From contig CAWFSF010000006.1 of NCBI GenBank assembly GCA_963818475.1, positions 320,001 to 384,000 of the forward strand: DNA of 64,000 nt, written 5' to 3'. Of this stretch, positions 1-10,810 are shown piece by piece; the first letter of the stretch is position 1, and each line of letters starts with the position of its first letter. Source of the stretch: Nitrospirota bacterium (GTDB lineage Bacteria; Nitrospirota; UBA9217). A program made the position numbers and the translations under genes. The notes below the pieces were generated by a model, which saw only the letters and a list, made by a program, of their open reading frames with translations, was not told the DNA's origin and did no database searches.

Positions 1-529
1 CTGTTTCCTCGCCGCAGATGTAGCGGCCGGCGCTGGAATGGATGCGAAGGTCGAGGTCGAATCCGGAACCAAAGATGTTCTTTCCGAGATACCCTGCTGC
101 ATAGGCTTCTGCAATTGCTGTCCCCAGCCTCTTCTCGGCAAGCTTGTATGCCCAGCGGAGAAAGATATAAGACTGTTCCGCCTGAATGGCATAGGCGCTG
201 ACGATCACGCCTTCCACGATCTGGTGCGGATCACCTTCGAGCAGCATGCGGTCCTTGAACGTGCCGGGCTCCATCTCGTCGGCGTTCACCACGAGATATT
301 TGATCTTCGGCGCGTTGTCGCCCATGGGCACAAAGCTCCACTTGGCGCCTGTGGGGAAGCCTGCACCACCGCGGCCGCGCAGGTTCGAGGCCTTGACCAT
401 GTCCTGCACCTGCTGGGGCGTCATGGTAAGCGCTTTGCGCGCAGCTTCATAGCCGCCCGCTTTCTCGTAGTCTTTCAGCGAGAGCGGTTCCTGGTTGGGG
501 CGGATGTTATTGGTGAGCGGTCGTTCCAT
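1..529 (-). CDS. nuoF: NADH-quinone oxidoreductase subunit F (5' part, runs off window)
   Basis: Manual translation from ATG 529: MERPLTNNIRPNQEPLSLKDYEKAGGY...GLRGRGGAGFPTGAKW...NADEMEPGTFKDR...GRYICGEET, the NuoF motifs. Confidence 0.95.
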   Translation of the reverse strand, partial: MERPLTNNIRPNQEPLSLKDYEKAGGYEAARKALTMTPQQVQDMVKASNLRGRGGAGFPTGAKWSFVPMGDNAPKIKYLVVNADEMEPGTFKDRMLLEGDPHQIVEGVIVSAYAIQAEQSYIFLRWAYKLAEKRLGTAIAEAYAAGYLGKNIFGSGFDLDLRIHSSAGRYICGEET

Positions 530-646
530 AGTAAACCTTAAATCATTGACACTGAAGGACACTGATTGCTTATGATCCACATTGATAAGGACACGGCTAA
601 AATTGATTTATCATAGCCTTTGTCAGTGTAAATCCGTGTCAAAAGT

Positions 647-1123
647 TTATTCGTATTTATTCAGTATCTCATCCATCATCTCGGCTGTCACAGGACCATA
701 CAGTTCCTCGTCCACCATCATCGCCGGAGCCCGGTCGCATGCGCCGAGGCAGGAGATCGGGAGCAGCGTGAATCGTTTGTCCCCGGTCGTCTCGCCGAAC
801 GCGATACCCAATTTAGTCTTCAGCAGGTCCAGCAGGGGATTATATCCCATGACCCAGCAGCTGATGCTGTCGCACACGAGGATCACATGGCGTCCAACCG
901 GCTGCCTAAAGATGAAGCTGTAGAACGTGGCAACGGCGTCGAGCTCGTCTGCCGACATCTCGAGCACGGCAGCGACATCCCTGATCGCCTCGTCAGATAC
1001 CCAGCCGCGGTGCTTCTGGATGATCTTGAGCGTTTCGATGGATGCGGACTGCTTGAATTCGCAGTGCGCTAGCTCGGAATTGATCTCTATTTTTTCTTGT
1101 TCAGTGAGCATGTTGTACCGCAT
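647..1123 (-). CDS. nuoE: NADH-quinone oxidoreductase subunit E
   Basis: VATFYS, CDSISC and CLGAC 2Fe-2S motifs; position in nuo operon. Confidence 0.95.
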   Translation of the reverse strand: MRYNMLTEQEKIEINSELAHCEFKQSASIETLKIIQKHRGWVSDEAIRDVAAVLEMSADELDAVATFYSFIFRQPVGRHVILVCDSISCWVMGYNPLLDLLKTKLGIAFGETTGDKRFTLLPISCLGACDRAPAMMVDEELYGPVTAEMMDEILNKYE

Positions 1124-1507
1124 TACCTCCTCTCCCCAAGGGGAGAGGATTGAGGTGAGGGGGTGTTCTCTGTTGCTCTCAGAATAACTTCACAAACACC
1201 TGCAATATTCATTAAGATGTCCCTGTCGCTGAATCGTAACATCCGTATGCCTTGCATTTCCAAAGCTTCGGTTCTAACTTTATCTTTTGTTACTCCTTCA
1301 TCGGTGTAGTGCTGACCGCCGTCTGCCTCTACTGCGATCTTGTGCTCGGGTGCATAGAAGTCCAGAATATACTTGTCTATCGAGAACTGTCTTCTGAACT
1401 TTATTCCATTGAGCTGACGATTGCGAAGAACAGACCAAAGCTTTCTTTCAGCATCAGTCTAAATTTTTTCGAAGCTTTCTGCTGGCTGATATATTGGGTC
1501 GCTTCAA
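1123..1507 (-). pseudogene. DUF559 (Vsr-like) endonuclease domain protein, with +1 frameshift near 1460
   Basis: Not in ORF track. Manual translation: ..RKLRKN/TDAERKLWSVLRNRQLNGIKFRRQFSIDKYILDFYAPEHKIAVEADGGQH..MLRFSD. Confidence 0.85.
1127..1163. repeat. REP-like hairpin (CTCTCCCCAAGGGGAGAGG..GGTGAGGGGG)
   Basis: Inverted counterpart of 1511-1551; flanks the DUF559 gene. Confidence 0.75.
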
Positions 1508-1510
1508 CGT

Positions 1511-1551
1511 CCCCCCTCACCCCAACCCTCTCCCCGGAGGGTAGAGGGAGT
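1511..1551. repeat. REP-like hairpin (CCCCTCACCCCAACCCTCTCCCCGGAGGGTAGAGGG)
   Basis: Inverted counterpart of 1127-1163. Confidence 0.75.
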
Positions 1552-1559
1552 TTTTAATA

Positions 1560-3306
1560 TCACCTATCCAAATCCGCCAGAATAAAGTCAATGCTCCCCA
1601 GGATCGCCAGCAGGTCCGCGATCATCAGTCCCTTGCAGATCTTCGGCACCATCTGCATGATGCGCGAACGAAGGGGTGCGAATGCGCGTTCGGTAGGACT
1701 GGGTGCTGCCGTCGCTGATCAGGTAGTAGCCGTTATTGCCTTTGGTCGCCTCGATGCCCATGAAGGCCTCGCCGGCCGGGATCACCGGGCCCCAGCTTGT
1801 GCTCAGGAAATGCGTGATGAGTGTCTCGATGTCCTGCAGGGTCCGCTCCTTGCGGGGCGGCGTGGCGAGCGGATGGTCGGACTTGTATCTGCCCTCGGGC
1901 ATATTGTTCACGCACTGCTCGACGATTCGCAGGCTCTGGCGCATTTCCTCGACGCGCACCACACCGCGGTCGTAACAGTCGCCGTGAACAGCCGTGGGGA
2001 TATCGAACTCGAAGTTTTCGTACCCGGAGTAGGGCCTTTTTTTACGAAAGTCCCAGTCGAACCGCAGGCCCGAAGTCCCGGCCCGGTGACGCCCCATTCG
2101 ATGGCTTCTTCCAGCGTGTAGGCCCCGACCCCTTTGGTACGGCCTTTGAAAATGCTGTTCTGCATCACAATGGAATCGTATTCCTTAAGCCGCGGCGGCA
2201 GATAGGCGAGAAAATTGCGCACCAAGCGGTCCCAGCCTTTCGGCAGGTCCTGCGCCACGCCGCCGATCCTGAACCATTCAGGATGCATGCGTCCGCCGCA
2301 GATTGCCTCGATAATATCGAAGATGCGTTCGCGGTCCGTGAACATGTAGAACACGGGCGAGAGCGCGCCCACGTCCTGGGCAAAGGTGCCGTACCAGACC
2401 AAATGACTGGCGATCCGGAACAGCTCAGACAGCATGACCCTGATCACTTGCGCGCGCGCAGGCACCTCGATGCCAGCCAGTTTCTCCACTGCGAGGCAGT
2501 AGGCCATGTTGTTCATGACGCCGCCTAAGTAGTCCACGCGGTCCGTGTAGGGGATGAAGGTGTGCCAGGTCTGGCGCTCGGCCATCTTTTCCGCGCCGCG
2601 GTGATGGTAGCCGATGTCGGGCACGCACTCCTTGATCTCCTCGCCGTCGAGCTGCAGGATGAACCGGATGAGCCCGTGCGTGCCCGGATGCTGGGGGCCG
2701 AGGTTCAGGAACATGAAGTCCGTGTCCTCTGCCGTGCGCGTCATGCCCCAGTCTTCGGGCCGGAACTTGAGCGCCTGCTGTTCGATCGCTTCCTTCTCAT
2801 CAGGAAGCTGGAAGGGTCCCATCTCGGTTGCGCGCGCAGGGTGGTCCTTGCGCAGGGGATGGCCTTTCCAGGTCGGCGGCATCAATATCCTGCTCAGGTG
2901 CGGATGGCCGTCGAAGGTGATGCCGAAGAGGTCCCAGACCTCGCGCTCGTACCAGTTGGCTGACGGCCAGAGACCGGTGATGGTCGGAAGGGACGGAGCA
3001 GTGCCAATGAGCGCAACCTTGATGCGGATATCGTCGTTGCGTTCATAGGAAAGAAGATGATAGACAACGGTGAAGTCGCTCTGACGGCTGGTCCGGGCGG
3101 TGACGCCGCACGCGCTCGTCTATGGCAGTGAGGTCGTACAGCATCTTATAGGGACGGTCGATGGCGATCTTGAGATGACGGAGTATGTCGGGGGCCTTCT
3201 CTTTCCTGACCCAGATCGTCGGGATGTTGTCGCGGGTCTGCTGGACCGCGAGGATGGAGTCGCCGAAGGTTGTTGTGAGGTCGTTGATGATGGGATGGAT
3301 ATCCAT
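1560..3306 (-). CDS. nuoCD: Fused NADH-quinone oxidoreductase subunit C/D (several apparent frameshifts)
   Basis: Pieces in ORFs 3043-3378, 1908-2885 and 1588-2097: [45 protein letters not shown]. Confidence 0.93.
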
Positions 3307-3550
3307 AATTAAGGCAAAAGACATTGACACTGATGAACACTGAGAGAAACTATGCTGAACCAGGAGAAACCGGAACAAAAATCTAAAGGCGCCTCTCGCA
3401 ATGGTCCCAGACCACGATGAGGCGCAAAGGGCGCAAAGGAAATCATTTAGTCCTGGTTTTTAACCCGAGTGAATTGCTTTTCTTTGCGAGCTTTGCGCCT
3501 TTGCGAGAAAATTTCTTGACGTTTTGAAGAGAATTTTATTCTTTTCGTTC

Positions 3551-4166
3551 CTACACTTCATCGATCGGCCGCAGGATCGTCGCTTTCATACGCTCCTCCC
3601 GCTTCAGCATCGCGCATGCACGGCATCTCAGGCCGCACGATGCCTTGCGGGCCTGCGGCCCAGCTGAGGGGCCGTCGCTCCTTGCCCACCATGTCCCGGA
3701 GCATGAGCAGTCCTTCCATGAAGGCATCGGGCCGGGGCGGACAGCCGGGAACATACACGTCCACGGGCATGAACTTGTCAACGCCCTGGACAACGCTGTA
3801 GATATCGTACATGCCGCCGGAGTTGGCGCAGGATCCCATGGAGATGACCCAGCGGGGCTCCATCATCTGTTCGTAGAGCCTTCTGATCACCGGCGCCATC
3901 TTGATAAAGACCGTGCCCGCGACGATCATCATATCGGCCTCGCGCGGCGTGCCGCGCATCACCTCCGCCCCGAAGCGGGCGATATCGTACTTGCTGGTCA
4001 GGCTCGTTGCCATCTCCACGTAGCAGCAGGAAAGGCCGAAGTTGAAGGGCCAGATGGAATTCTTTCTGCCCCAGGCGAGCATGTCCTGAAGCCGCGTGAA
4101 CATGAGGCTTTGGCGAACGGCATTATCGAGCGGGTCGCGGTCGGGTTTTGTAATTGAGTAGTTCAT
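3551..4166 (-). CDS. nuoB: NADH-quinone oxidoreductase subunit B (frameshift near 3' end)
   Basis: [28 protein letters not shown]. Confidence 0.95.
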
Positions 4167-4232
4167 AGCTTATAGTTAGGAGTAAGGAGTTAGTTACAAA
4201 TCAAATTCTATACAAAAGACAAGGAACTTATC

Positions 4233-4334
4233 GCCACGAAGGCACTAAGACACGAAGAACTTCATGAAAATTATCGAGTTAATTAAATTACAAAAATACT
4301 CATGCCTCTCTTCGTGCCTTCGTGTCTTCGTGGC
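4233..4334. repeat. ~102-bp palindromic element with 9-nt periodic arms
   Basis: GCCACGAAGGCACTAAGACACGAAG ... CTTCGTGCCTTCGTGTCTTCGTGGC; sibling at 32369-32469. Confidence 0.8.
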
Positions 4335-4359
4335 AGGTTTTGTTCCGGTTTGACCGGTC

Positions 4360-4761
4360 TCAACGCCGAACTCGCATCTCAGGCGATCTCCATTCAAGGG
4401 CGCCGAGTCTCCAGAGATACACCAGCGCGGCGGCAAGAACGCCGATGAAGATCAGCATTTCAGTATACCCGGCCCAGCCGCTTTCGCGCAGCGAGACGGC
4501 CCAGGCATAGACGAAGACGGATTCCAGGTCGAAGATGACGAAGAACATCGCGATGAGGTAGAATTTAACATCAAAGCGCACCCGCGCCGAGCCGGTGGAC
4601 ACGATGCCGGACTCGTAGGGTTCATCGGTCTGCTTCTCCCGGTGGCGTTCGCCGAGGAAGTAGGACAAGGACAGCATGGCTGTTACGAGCAGCAGGACCG
4701 CGGCGAAGTACAGTGCCAGCGGCCAAAGGGATGATGACGGCGATCCGGGAATGGAATGCAA
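4360..4761 (-). CDS. nuoA: NADH-quinone oxidoreductase subunit A
   Basis: PYESG and FYLIAMFFVIFDLE motifs, three hydrophobic segments. Confidence 0.95.
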   Translation of the reverse strand: MHSIPGSPSSSLWPLALYFAAVLLLVTAMLSLSYFLGERHREKQTDEPYESGIVSTGSARVRFDVKFYLIAMFFVIFDLESVFVYAWAVSLRESGWAGYTEMLIFIGVLAAALVYLWRLGALEWRSPEMRVRR

Positions 4762-4794
4762 GCGTGCTGCCTCCTCGTTGACGACTGTAAAAAA

Positions 4795-4880
4795 AGAATA
4801 GCACAGCGATTGGGAATGTCAAGAACAGGATTGGTGCAACAGATTGAAAGGTTGACAAAAATAATGAACGCTGATACTGT
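4795..4880. promoter_or_regulatory. Divergent sigma70-like promoters for nuoA (-) and fkpA (+)
   Basis: Minus strand TTGACA-16-TATTCT (4822-4795); plus strand TTGACA(4852)-17-TACTGT with TGn extension. Confidence 0.5.
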
Positions 4881-4952
4881 ATTCGTCATCATAACGAAGG
4901 TATGATGACTTCCATGTCAGCCTACGTATACCATACGTACAAAGGAGGATGT

Positions 4953-5675
4953 ATGAAATTTCGCTTTGCGGTTGCATTGTGTCTGGTGCTCGTGGCAGGA
5001 CAGGTGCTGGCGGCAGGGGATGTGGAGATAAAGACAGAAAAACAAAAACTGAGCTACAGCATTGGTGTGAATGCCGGCCGTTCCATGAAGGATAGTCTCA
5101 AGACCCAGTCGATTGACGTTGACCCTGCCATTCTCTTAAAAGGGCTGAACGACGGTGTCATGGATGCGAAGCCGCAGATGACCGAGGATGAAATGAAAAA
5201 GGTCCTTGAGGCGCTGCAAAAAACGCTGGCGGAAAAGCAGCAGGAACAGGCGGCAAAACAGCAGGAGCAGGCGAAGGTAGCTGCTGAAAAGAACAAGAAG
5301 GACGGTGAGGCATTCCTCGCAGCCAATAAAAAGAAAGAGGGCGTTATTACCATGCCGAGCGGCCTTCAGTATAAAGTCCTGGTCGCAGGCAAGGGCAAGT
5401 CTCCCAAGGCCACGGATACGGTGACCGTTCACTACCGGGGCACGTTGATCGACGGTACGGAGTTCGACAGCTCTATCAAACGCGGCCAGCCGGCAACATT
5501 CCCCTTGAATCAGGTGATCAAGGGCTGGACCGAGGCGGTCCAGCTCATGAAGGAAGGAGCCAAGTGGGAGCTCTATATTCCGTCGAACCTGGCCTACGGT
5601 GAGCGCGGCGCAGGTGCGACCATCGGCGGCAATGCCACGTTGATCTTCGAGGTCGAGCTTCTGTCGATCAAGTAA
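4953..5675 (+). CDS. fkpA: FKBP-type peptidyl-prolyl isomerase (FkpA/Mip-like)
   Basis: Signal peptide, SYSIG N-domain, VHYRGTLIDGTEFDSS, VIKGWTE, AYGERG; AAAGGAGG RBS. Confidence 0.92.
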   Translation: MKFRFAVALCLVLVAGQVLAAGDVEIKTEKQKLSYSIGVNAGRSMKDSLKTQSIDVDPAILLKGLNDGVMDAKPQMTEDEMKKVLEALQKTLAEKQQEQAAKQQEQAKVAAEKNKKDGEAFLAANKKKEGVITMPSGLQYKVLVAGKGKSPKATDTVTVHYRGTLIDGTEFDSSIKRGQPATFPLNQVIKGWTEAVQLMKEGAKWELYIPSNLAYGERGAGATIGGNATLIFEVELLSIK

Positions 5676-5700
5676 GCAGTACCCGTATGCACGCATGCTC

Positions 5701-5729
5701 AGGCCGGCCTTCGGGCCGGCCTTTTGTTT
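5701..5729 (+). terminator. Intrinsic terminator
   Basis: AGGCCGGCC-TTCG-GGCCGGCCT followed by T-run. Confidence 0.85.
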
Positions 5730-5905
5730 ATGGGTAAGGAAGGGATATCATCCTAAAAAGAGCAGCTGGCCGCAATAGAACGCAAAGATCACAAAGAAAA
5801 GCAAAAGTTTGTTTCGTAGAAATTAATTGCCGTTTCAAGGATCATGCGATATTGGTGCACCATGCGATACTGGTGCACAATCGGCACCGTAATCTTCGCC
5901 CCGGT

Positions 5906-6703
5906 TTATTTTCCCTCCCGCACCGGCCCTTCCCATTCCTTCAGTTTTTCCGTGATGAACGAAATGATCTGCTCATGCTCTTCCGTGCCGCGGTCCCTGA
6001 TCGTAAGCGGCCGGCCGAATGCGAAGTGGACCGGACGTGCCGGGTCAATTCTGCCATAATCCTTCAGGAAGCTGCCGTTGCCCCAGGCGTCTGTTTTGAG
6101 CGCGATCGGGACGATCGGCACGCCGGCTTTTTTTGCCAGCTTGATCCCGATGGTGTTGAACGCTGCAGGATCGAAGAGCATGGAGCGGGTGGTCTGGGGA
6201 AAGATGATGATCGAAAGACCGGCGGCAAGCCTTGCCGTACCACCTTCGAGGACCGCCTTGAAATCATCCCGGGCATTTACCCTGCCGACCGTGATCGGGT
6301 CACGGGTGCGCATGATGTGCTTGAACACGGGATAGTCGACCAGGCTCTGCTTCACCACAAAGGTCGTGTCCTTGATCGGCGCAATGAGCGTCGGGAGCAC
6401 AAAGGTCTCGAGCGTGCTCATGTGGTTCCCGATGAAAACGCAGGGGCCTTCGAAGGACGTGATGTTCTCGAGGCCCGTTACTTCCATGGTGACGCCGACG
6501 CGCTCGAGGGCGCGGAGCGTCAATAAGCTGTCGCGGCACCAGTCGGACGTATCGTAGCTCCCGTGTTTCGCCTGTTTGCTGCCGGCTGCGACGATCCTGA
6601 CCAGGTCCGTGTAGAACGTGAGTGACGGCAAGGTCTTTGCCAGGAATGAAATGTGCGAAGCAGCGGTGTGGTAGCGACCGTTCTCAAAAGTAAAGGTATC
6701 CAC
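5906..6703 (-). CDS. plsC: 1-acyl-sn-glycerol-3-phosphate acyltransferase family
   Basis: NHMSTLE and IIFPQTTRS motifs (variants of HX4D and FPEGTR). Confidence 0.8.
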   Translation of the reverse strand: MDTFTFENGRYHTAASHISFLAKTLPSLTFYTDLVRIVAAGSKQAKHGSYDTSDWCRDSLLTLRALERVGVTMEVTGLENITSFEGPCVFIGNHMSTLETFVLPTLIAPIKDTTFVVKQSLVDYPVFKHIMRTRDPITVGRVNARDDFKAVLEGGTARLAAGLSIIIFPQTTRSMLFDPAAFNTIGIKLAKKAGVPIVPIALKTDAWGNGSFLKDYGRIDPARPVHFAFGRPLTIRDRGTEEHEQIISFITEKLKEWEGPVREGK

Positions 6704-6958
6704 AGAAGTTCTCCTGGTGCAGGGGTATGGGCACTGGCTAAGAATGCTGCGTAGTATACCACGGGCGGGGACAGGGACGGAAGGGAAAATGCGGGAGCTC
6801 GCTTCGCAAGACGGGCCTTACTGCAGGTCCGGAGACGGGCGCTGAATGTAGTATCCCTGGGCGTAATCAATGCCCGTGGATTCGACGTGGCCTGGGATAT
6901 TGTGCGTAAAAATAGCGGGTTATAAAATTACTTGCATTCATGTAAAAAAAAAGAGAAA

Positions 6959-8542
6959 ATGCCGTCCATGAAATCGCTGACACAGTTGGTGGCACAGATG
7001 GTGATGCCGAGGATCAACGGCATGCAGCTTGAAGATCCTGTCTATCGTCAGGAGATCGAGGCGCTGGTCCGGGAAGGTATGGGCGGGTTCATTCTCTTCG
7101 GCGGCTCCGTAGAGCATACGCCGGCCAGGCTCGCCGCTCTCCAGGCGCTGGCAACAACGCCGCTTTTGATCTCTTCCGATGTGGAGCGGGGACTGGGCCA
7201 GCAGCTCCAGGGCGGCACCCGCTTCCCGAGCCAACGCGCGGTTGCCGCCGCGATCAGCCGCAGCTCAACGTCAGATGCCGGACTGCTCCAGAGCATGCTC
7301 GACGCAGTCCGGACCGAGACCAGGGCCGCGGGCATCCATATCGTGTTCTCGCCGGTCATGGACGTGAACAACAACTCCGACAATCCGATCATCTGCACCC
7401 GGGCCTTTGGCGATGAGCCCGGGGTCGTTGAGTGGTTCGGTTCCCGCTATATCACCGGCCTGCAGCGGTCGAATCATAACGGAACGCTCGATCTTCTTGC
7501 CTGCGCCAAGCACTTTCCCGGCCACGGAGACACGGACCAGGACTCCCATTCCGTGCTGCCCGTGATCAAAGCGGACCGGGCGCGGCTGAACAGCGTGGAA
7601 CTGCCGCCGTTCCGCGAGGCAGTGAAGGACGGCGTCGGCACCATCATGGTGGCCCATTTGCTCGTTCCGGCACTGGACGCGGAAAAACCGACGACGTTCT
7701 CGAAAAAAACGATCACCGCGCTTCTTCGCGAGGGCATGGGCTTCGATGGATTGATCGTGTCCGATGCGCTTGATATGGGGGCACTGGCCGGGGCCTATTC
7801 TCAGGAAGAGATCGCGGTCCGGGCCGTAACAGCAGGCATGGACATCCTCCTCCATCCTATTGACGCGCGCGTGACCATCAATGCCGTGGCTGCGGCAGTT
7901 GAACAGGGCAGGCTGACCAGGACCAGGATCGAAGAATCGGTCGGCAGGATCCGCGAAGCCAAGATGCGGCTCGGCCTTTTCGACCCGGCTGTAACAAAGA
8001 CCCCGCAGATCGATTACGAAAAGCATCGCGGCATCGCGCGCGAACTGAGCCGGAGGGCGCTGCAGATAGTTTCAGGGGACAAAAAGGTCCTGCCGCTCGG
8101 CATCGATAGCGCAGCCTGCTTTATGCTCGATGACGATGCCGAAGGCAGGGGAGATGTTTTCCTCCGTACGCTCCAGGCAAAGGTCGGCACGTTCAGCGGG
8201 ACCGTGCTGACGCCTGATACGGAATTGCAGCAGTCGCACCTCGGCGAACAGATCGCAGCCGCGGACTGGGTCGTGCTCCCGATCTTCTCAAAGATATCCG
8301 CCTCCAAAGGACGCTCGGGCATTTCGCCGAAGCTCCGGGCCATGGCATCACAGGTCATCGCAGCAGCTCAGGCCGCAAAAAAACGGTCCGTGGTCATTTC
8401 GTTCGACAGCCCCTACATCCTCGAACAATTCAAGAACGCCGATCTCTGCATCGCCGCCTATGACCGTATGGACGAGATCCAGCAGGCCGCGGCGGAGATG
8501 CTGGTGGGGAGTGTCGAGGAGCAGGTAGCAAGTAGCAAGTAG
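6959..8542 (+). CDS. nagZ: GH3 beta-N-acetylglucosaminidase
   Basis: KHFPGHGDTDQDSH motif, SDALDMG, C-terminal GH3 domain. Confidence 0.88.
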   Translation: MPSMKSLTQLVAQMVMPRINGMQLEDPVYRQEIEALVREGMGGFILFGGSVEHTPARLAALQALATTPLLISSDVERGLGQQLQGGTRFPSQRAVAAAISRSSTSDAGLLQSMLDAVRTETRAAGIHIVFSPVMDVNNNSDNPIICTRAFGDEPGVVEWFGSRYITGLQRSNHNGTLDLLACAKHFPGHGDTDQDSHSVLPVIKADRARLNSVELPPFREAVKDGVGTIMVAHLLVPALDAEKPTTFSKKTITALLREGMGFDGLIVSDALDMGALAGAYSQEEIAVRAVTAGMDILLHPIDARVTINAVAAAVEQGRLTRTRIEESVGRIREAKMRLGLFDPAVTKTPQIDYEKHRGIARELSRRALQIVSGDKKVLPLGIDSAACFMLDDDAEGRGDVFLRTLQAKVGTFSGTVLTPDTELQQSHLGEQIAAADWVVLPIFSKISASKGRSGISPKLRAMASQVIAAAQAAKKRSVVISFDSPYILEQFKNADLCIAAYDRMDEIQQAAAEMLVGSVEEQVASSK

Positions 8543-8605
8543 CAAGGAGCGACAGTCTCATTTTTACCTTGGCACTTGCTACTTGACCCTTGCCCCTAAT
8601 TTCCT

Positions 8606-9212
8606 ATGATAATCCTCATCTTCCTCTCATTTGCCTTAATCCACAGCATCACGGTCTCGCAAAGGTTCAAGCAGATCTGTCAGAAATTGTTCGGCGAGAC
8701 CTTCATGCGGGTATGGTATCGCTTCCTGTACAATGCCGTGAGCGGCTCTGACGGCTGCTGTTGCGTTCTACCTGATCTACCAGGTGCCGGACAAAACCCT
8801 TTGGACCGGGCCGCTCTGGTTCCGGTGGTGTATGCATGCCATACAGCTGGGTGGACTGGTCTTCGGCGCGCGCGCCTTCGAGCATCTCGATACAGCGGAG
8901 TTCATGGGATTCAAACAGGTCTGGCGATATCTCACGAAGGGGGAAACTGCCGGGAACATCGAGGGTCTTACGCAGAGGGAACTGGTCACGACCGGGGTCT
9001 ACGGTATTGTCCGCCATCCCATGTACCTTGCCGGCATCATTATCTTCACCTTCGAACCGAACATCACGGTCAACGGTCTGATTATCACTGTCCTTGCTGA
9101 CCTCTACTTTATCTTCGGCTCGTTCATCGAAGAGCGCCGGTTCATCAGGACCTTCGGAGACCAGTACCGGGACTATCGGGAGCGCGTGCCGAGGTTGGTG
9201 CCGTTCTGCTGA
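8606..9212 (+). CDS. Isoprenylcysteine methyltransferase/NnrU-like membrane protein (frameshift near 8745)
   Basis: FALIHS N-terminus; LVTTGVYGIVRHPMY, EERR, YRERVPR. Confidence 0.8.
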
Positions 9213-9266
9213 AGGCTTTCAATGTCGTTGTGAAGAGGATTGCTGCATCCTCATATTCCTATTTTG

Positions 9267-9364
9267 GTCACTTCATGCCGCTGTCCAATACAGCGATATA
9301 AGGCAGGTTCCGGTACTTCTCTCCAAAATCCATCCCGTATCCCACCACGAACAGATCCGGAATT
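9267..9364 (-). repeat. Displaced copy of hpt 3' end (att-like site 1)
   Basis: Reads [31 protein letters not shown]; near-identical over ~70 bp to 15933-16005. Confidence 0.88.
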
Positions 9365-9559
9365 GTAGTTTGCTGAATTTGTGAATAATTCGTTTCATTG
9401 CTTGCCCTTTGCCACTATATGTAGTAAAGTTTTCAATCAGTTGCCCTAAAACAAAAACATCTAACGGGCGCATGTATGAGCAAGTTCACGGATTACATCG
9501 ATAGTTTCGCGTCAAGTGGTAGAATCTGGTCTTACCGCATATGAATAAAGGATGGTTGA

Positions 9560-10810
9560 ATGGCAATTAAGAAGTCTGAACTTTACAGCTCCCTTTGGGC
9601 ATCCTGCGACGAGCTGCGCGGCGGTATGGATGCCAGCCAGTACAAAGACTACGTACTGGTTCTTCTGTTTATAAAGTACGTCAGCGACAAGTATGCCGGC
9701 CAGCCCTACGCGCCGATCACCATTCCTAAAGGTGCGAGCTTCAAAGACATGGCGGCGCTCAAAGGCAAGAGCGATATCGGCGACCAGATCAACAAGAAGA
9801 TCATCGCACCGCTGGCCAATGCCAACAAGCTCTCCGACATGCCGGATTTCAACGACGTTAACAAACTCGGCAGCGGTAAAGAAATGGTGGACCGGCTCAC
9901 CAACCTCATCGCCATTTTCGAGAACAAGGCGCTCGACTTCTCGGAACACGAACCGCAGCGCGCCGCGCTTTACAAAGCGACAGTCGCGCTGGTGCGAGCC
10001 TATGCAAACATTGCTGATGATCTGGAGCCTGCCGGTTATGGCAGTTCCGACATCAGCCGCATCAGGACGCAAATCGACCACTATCTGAACGTCCGGGAGA
10101 TCATCCGCAAGGCCAGCGGCGAGACGCTTGACCTTAAAGCATACGAAGCAGACATGCGGCACCTGATCGACACCTACATCGAGGCCGCCGAGCCCAGGAA
10201 AATATCGCCTTTCGACAATATGGGCCTGCTGGAACTGATCGTGAAGACCGGCATCGCTGATGCCATTGCCAGACAACTTGGCGGACTGAAGGGCAACAGG
10301 AACGCCATCGCCGAGACGATCGAGAACAATATCCGCAGCAAGATCATCAAAGAACACCTGAACGACCCCGCTTTCTACGAGAAGATGTCGACACAGCTGC
10401 AGGAAATTATTGAACTGCGGAAGGCCAAAGCAATTGAATATGAGGAATACCTGAAGCGCATCGCGGAATTGGCGAAGAAGGTTGGAGCCGGGCATGCCGA
10501 AGATATTCCTGATCAACTAAAGAACAGTCCTGCCCTTCGGGCGCTTTACAATAATTTGAATGTGACTGGCGGTCTGACAGTAAAGACAGGCCTTGCTGCT
10601 GAAACAGCGGCTGATTGGATGAGTGCCGAGGATCCGGTGTTATCACTTACACTGAAGATCGACGAGGTAGTTAAAACGACCCGGCCGGATGGATGGCGGG
10701 GTGTCCAGGCCAGAGAACAGGTTATCAAGGCGGCATTGTATAACATTTTGCAAGATGTCGCCGAGGTAGAACGCATCTTCCTCATTGTCAAAGCGCAGGG
10801 CGAGTACTGA
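9560..10810 (+). pseudogene. In-frame HsdM N-terminus/HsdR C-terminus fusion (type I R-M deletion remnant)
   Basis: MAIKKSELYSSLWASCDELRGGMDASQYKDY (HsdM_N) joined after NKALDFS to HsdR tail (DLKAYEADMRHLIDTYI, NDPAFYEKMS); no methyltransferase or helicase motifs. Confidence 0.85.
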
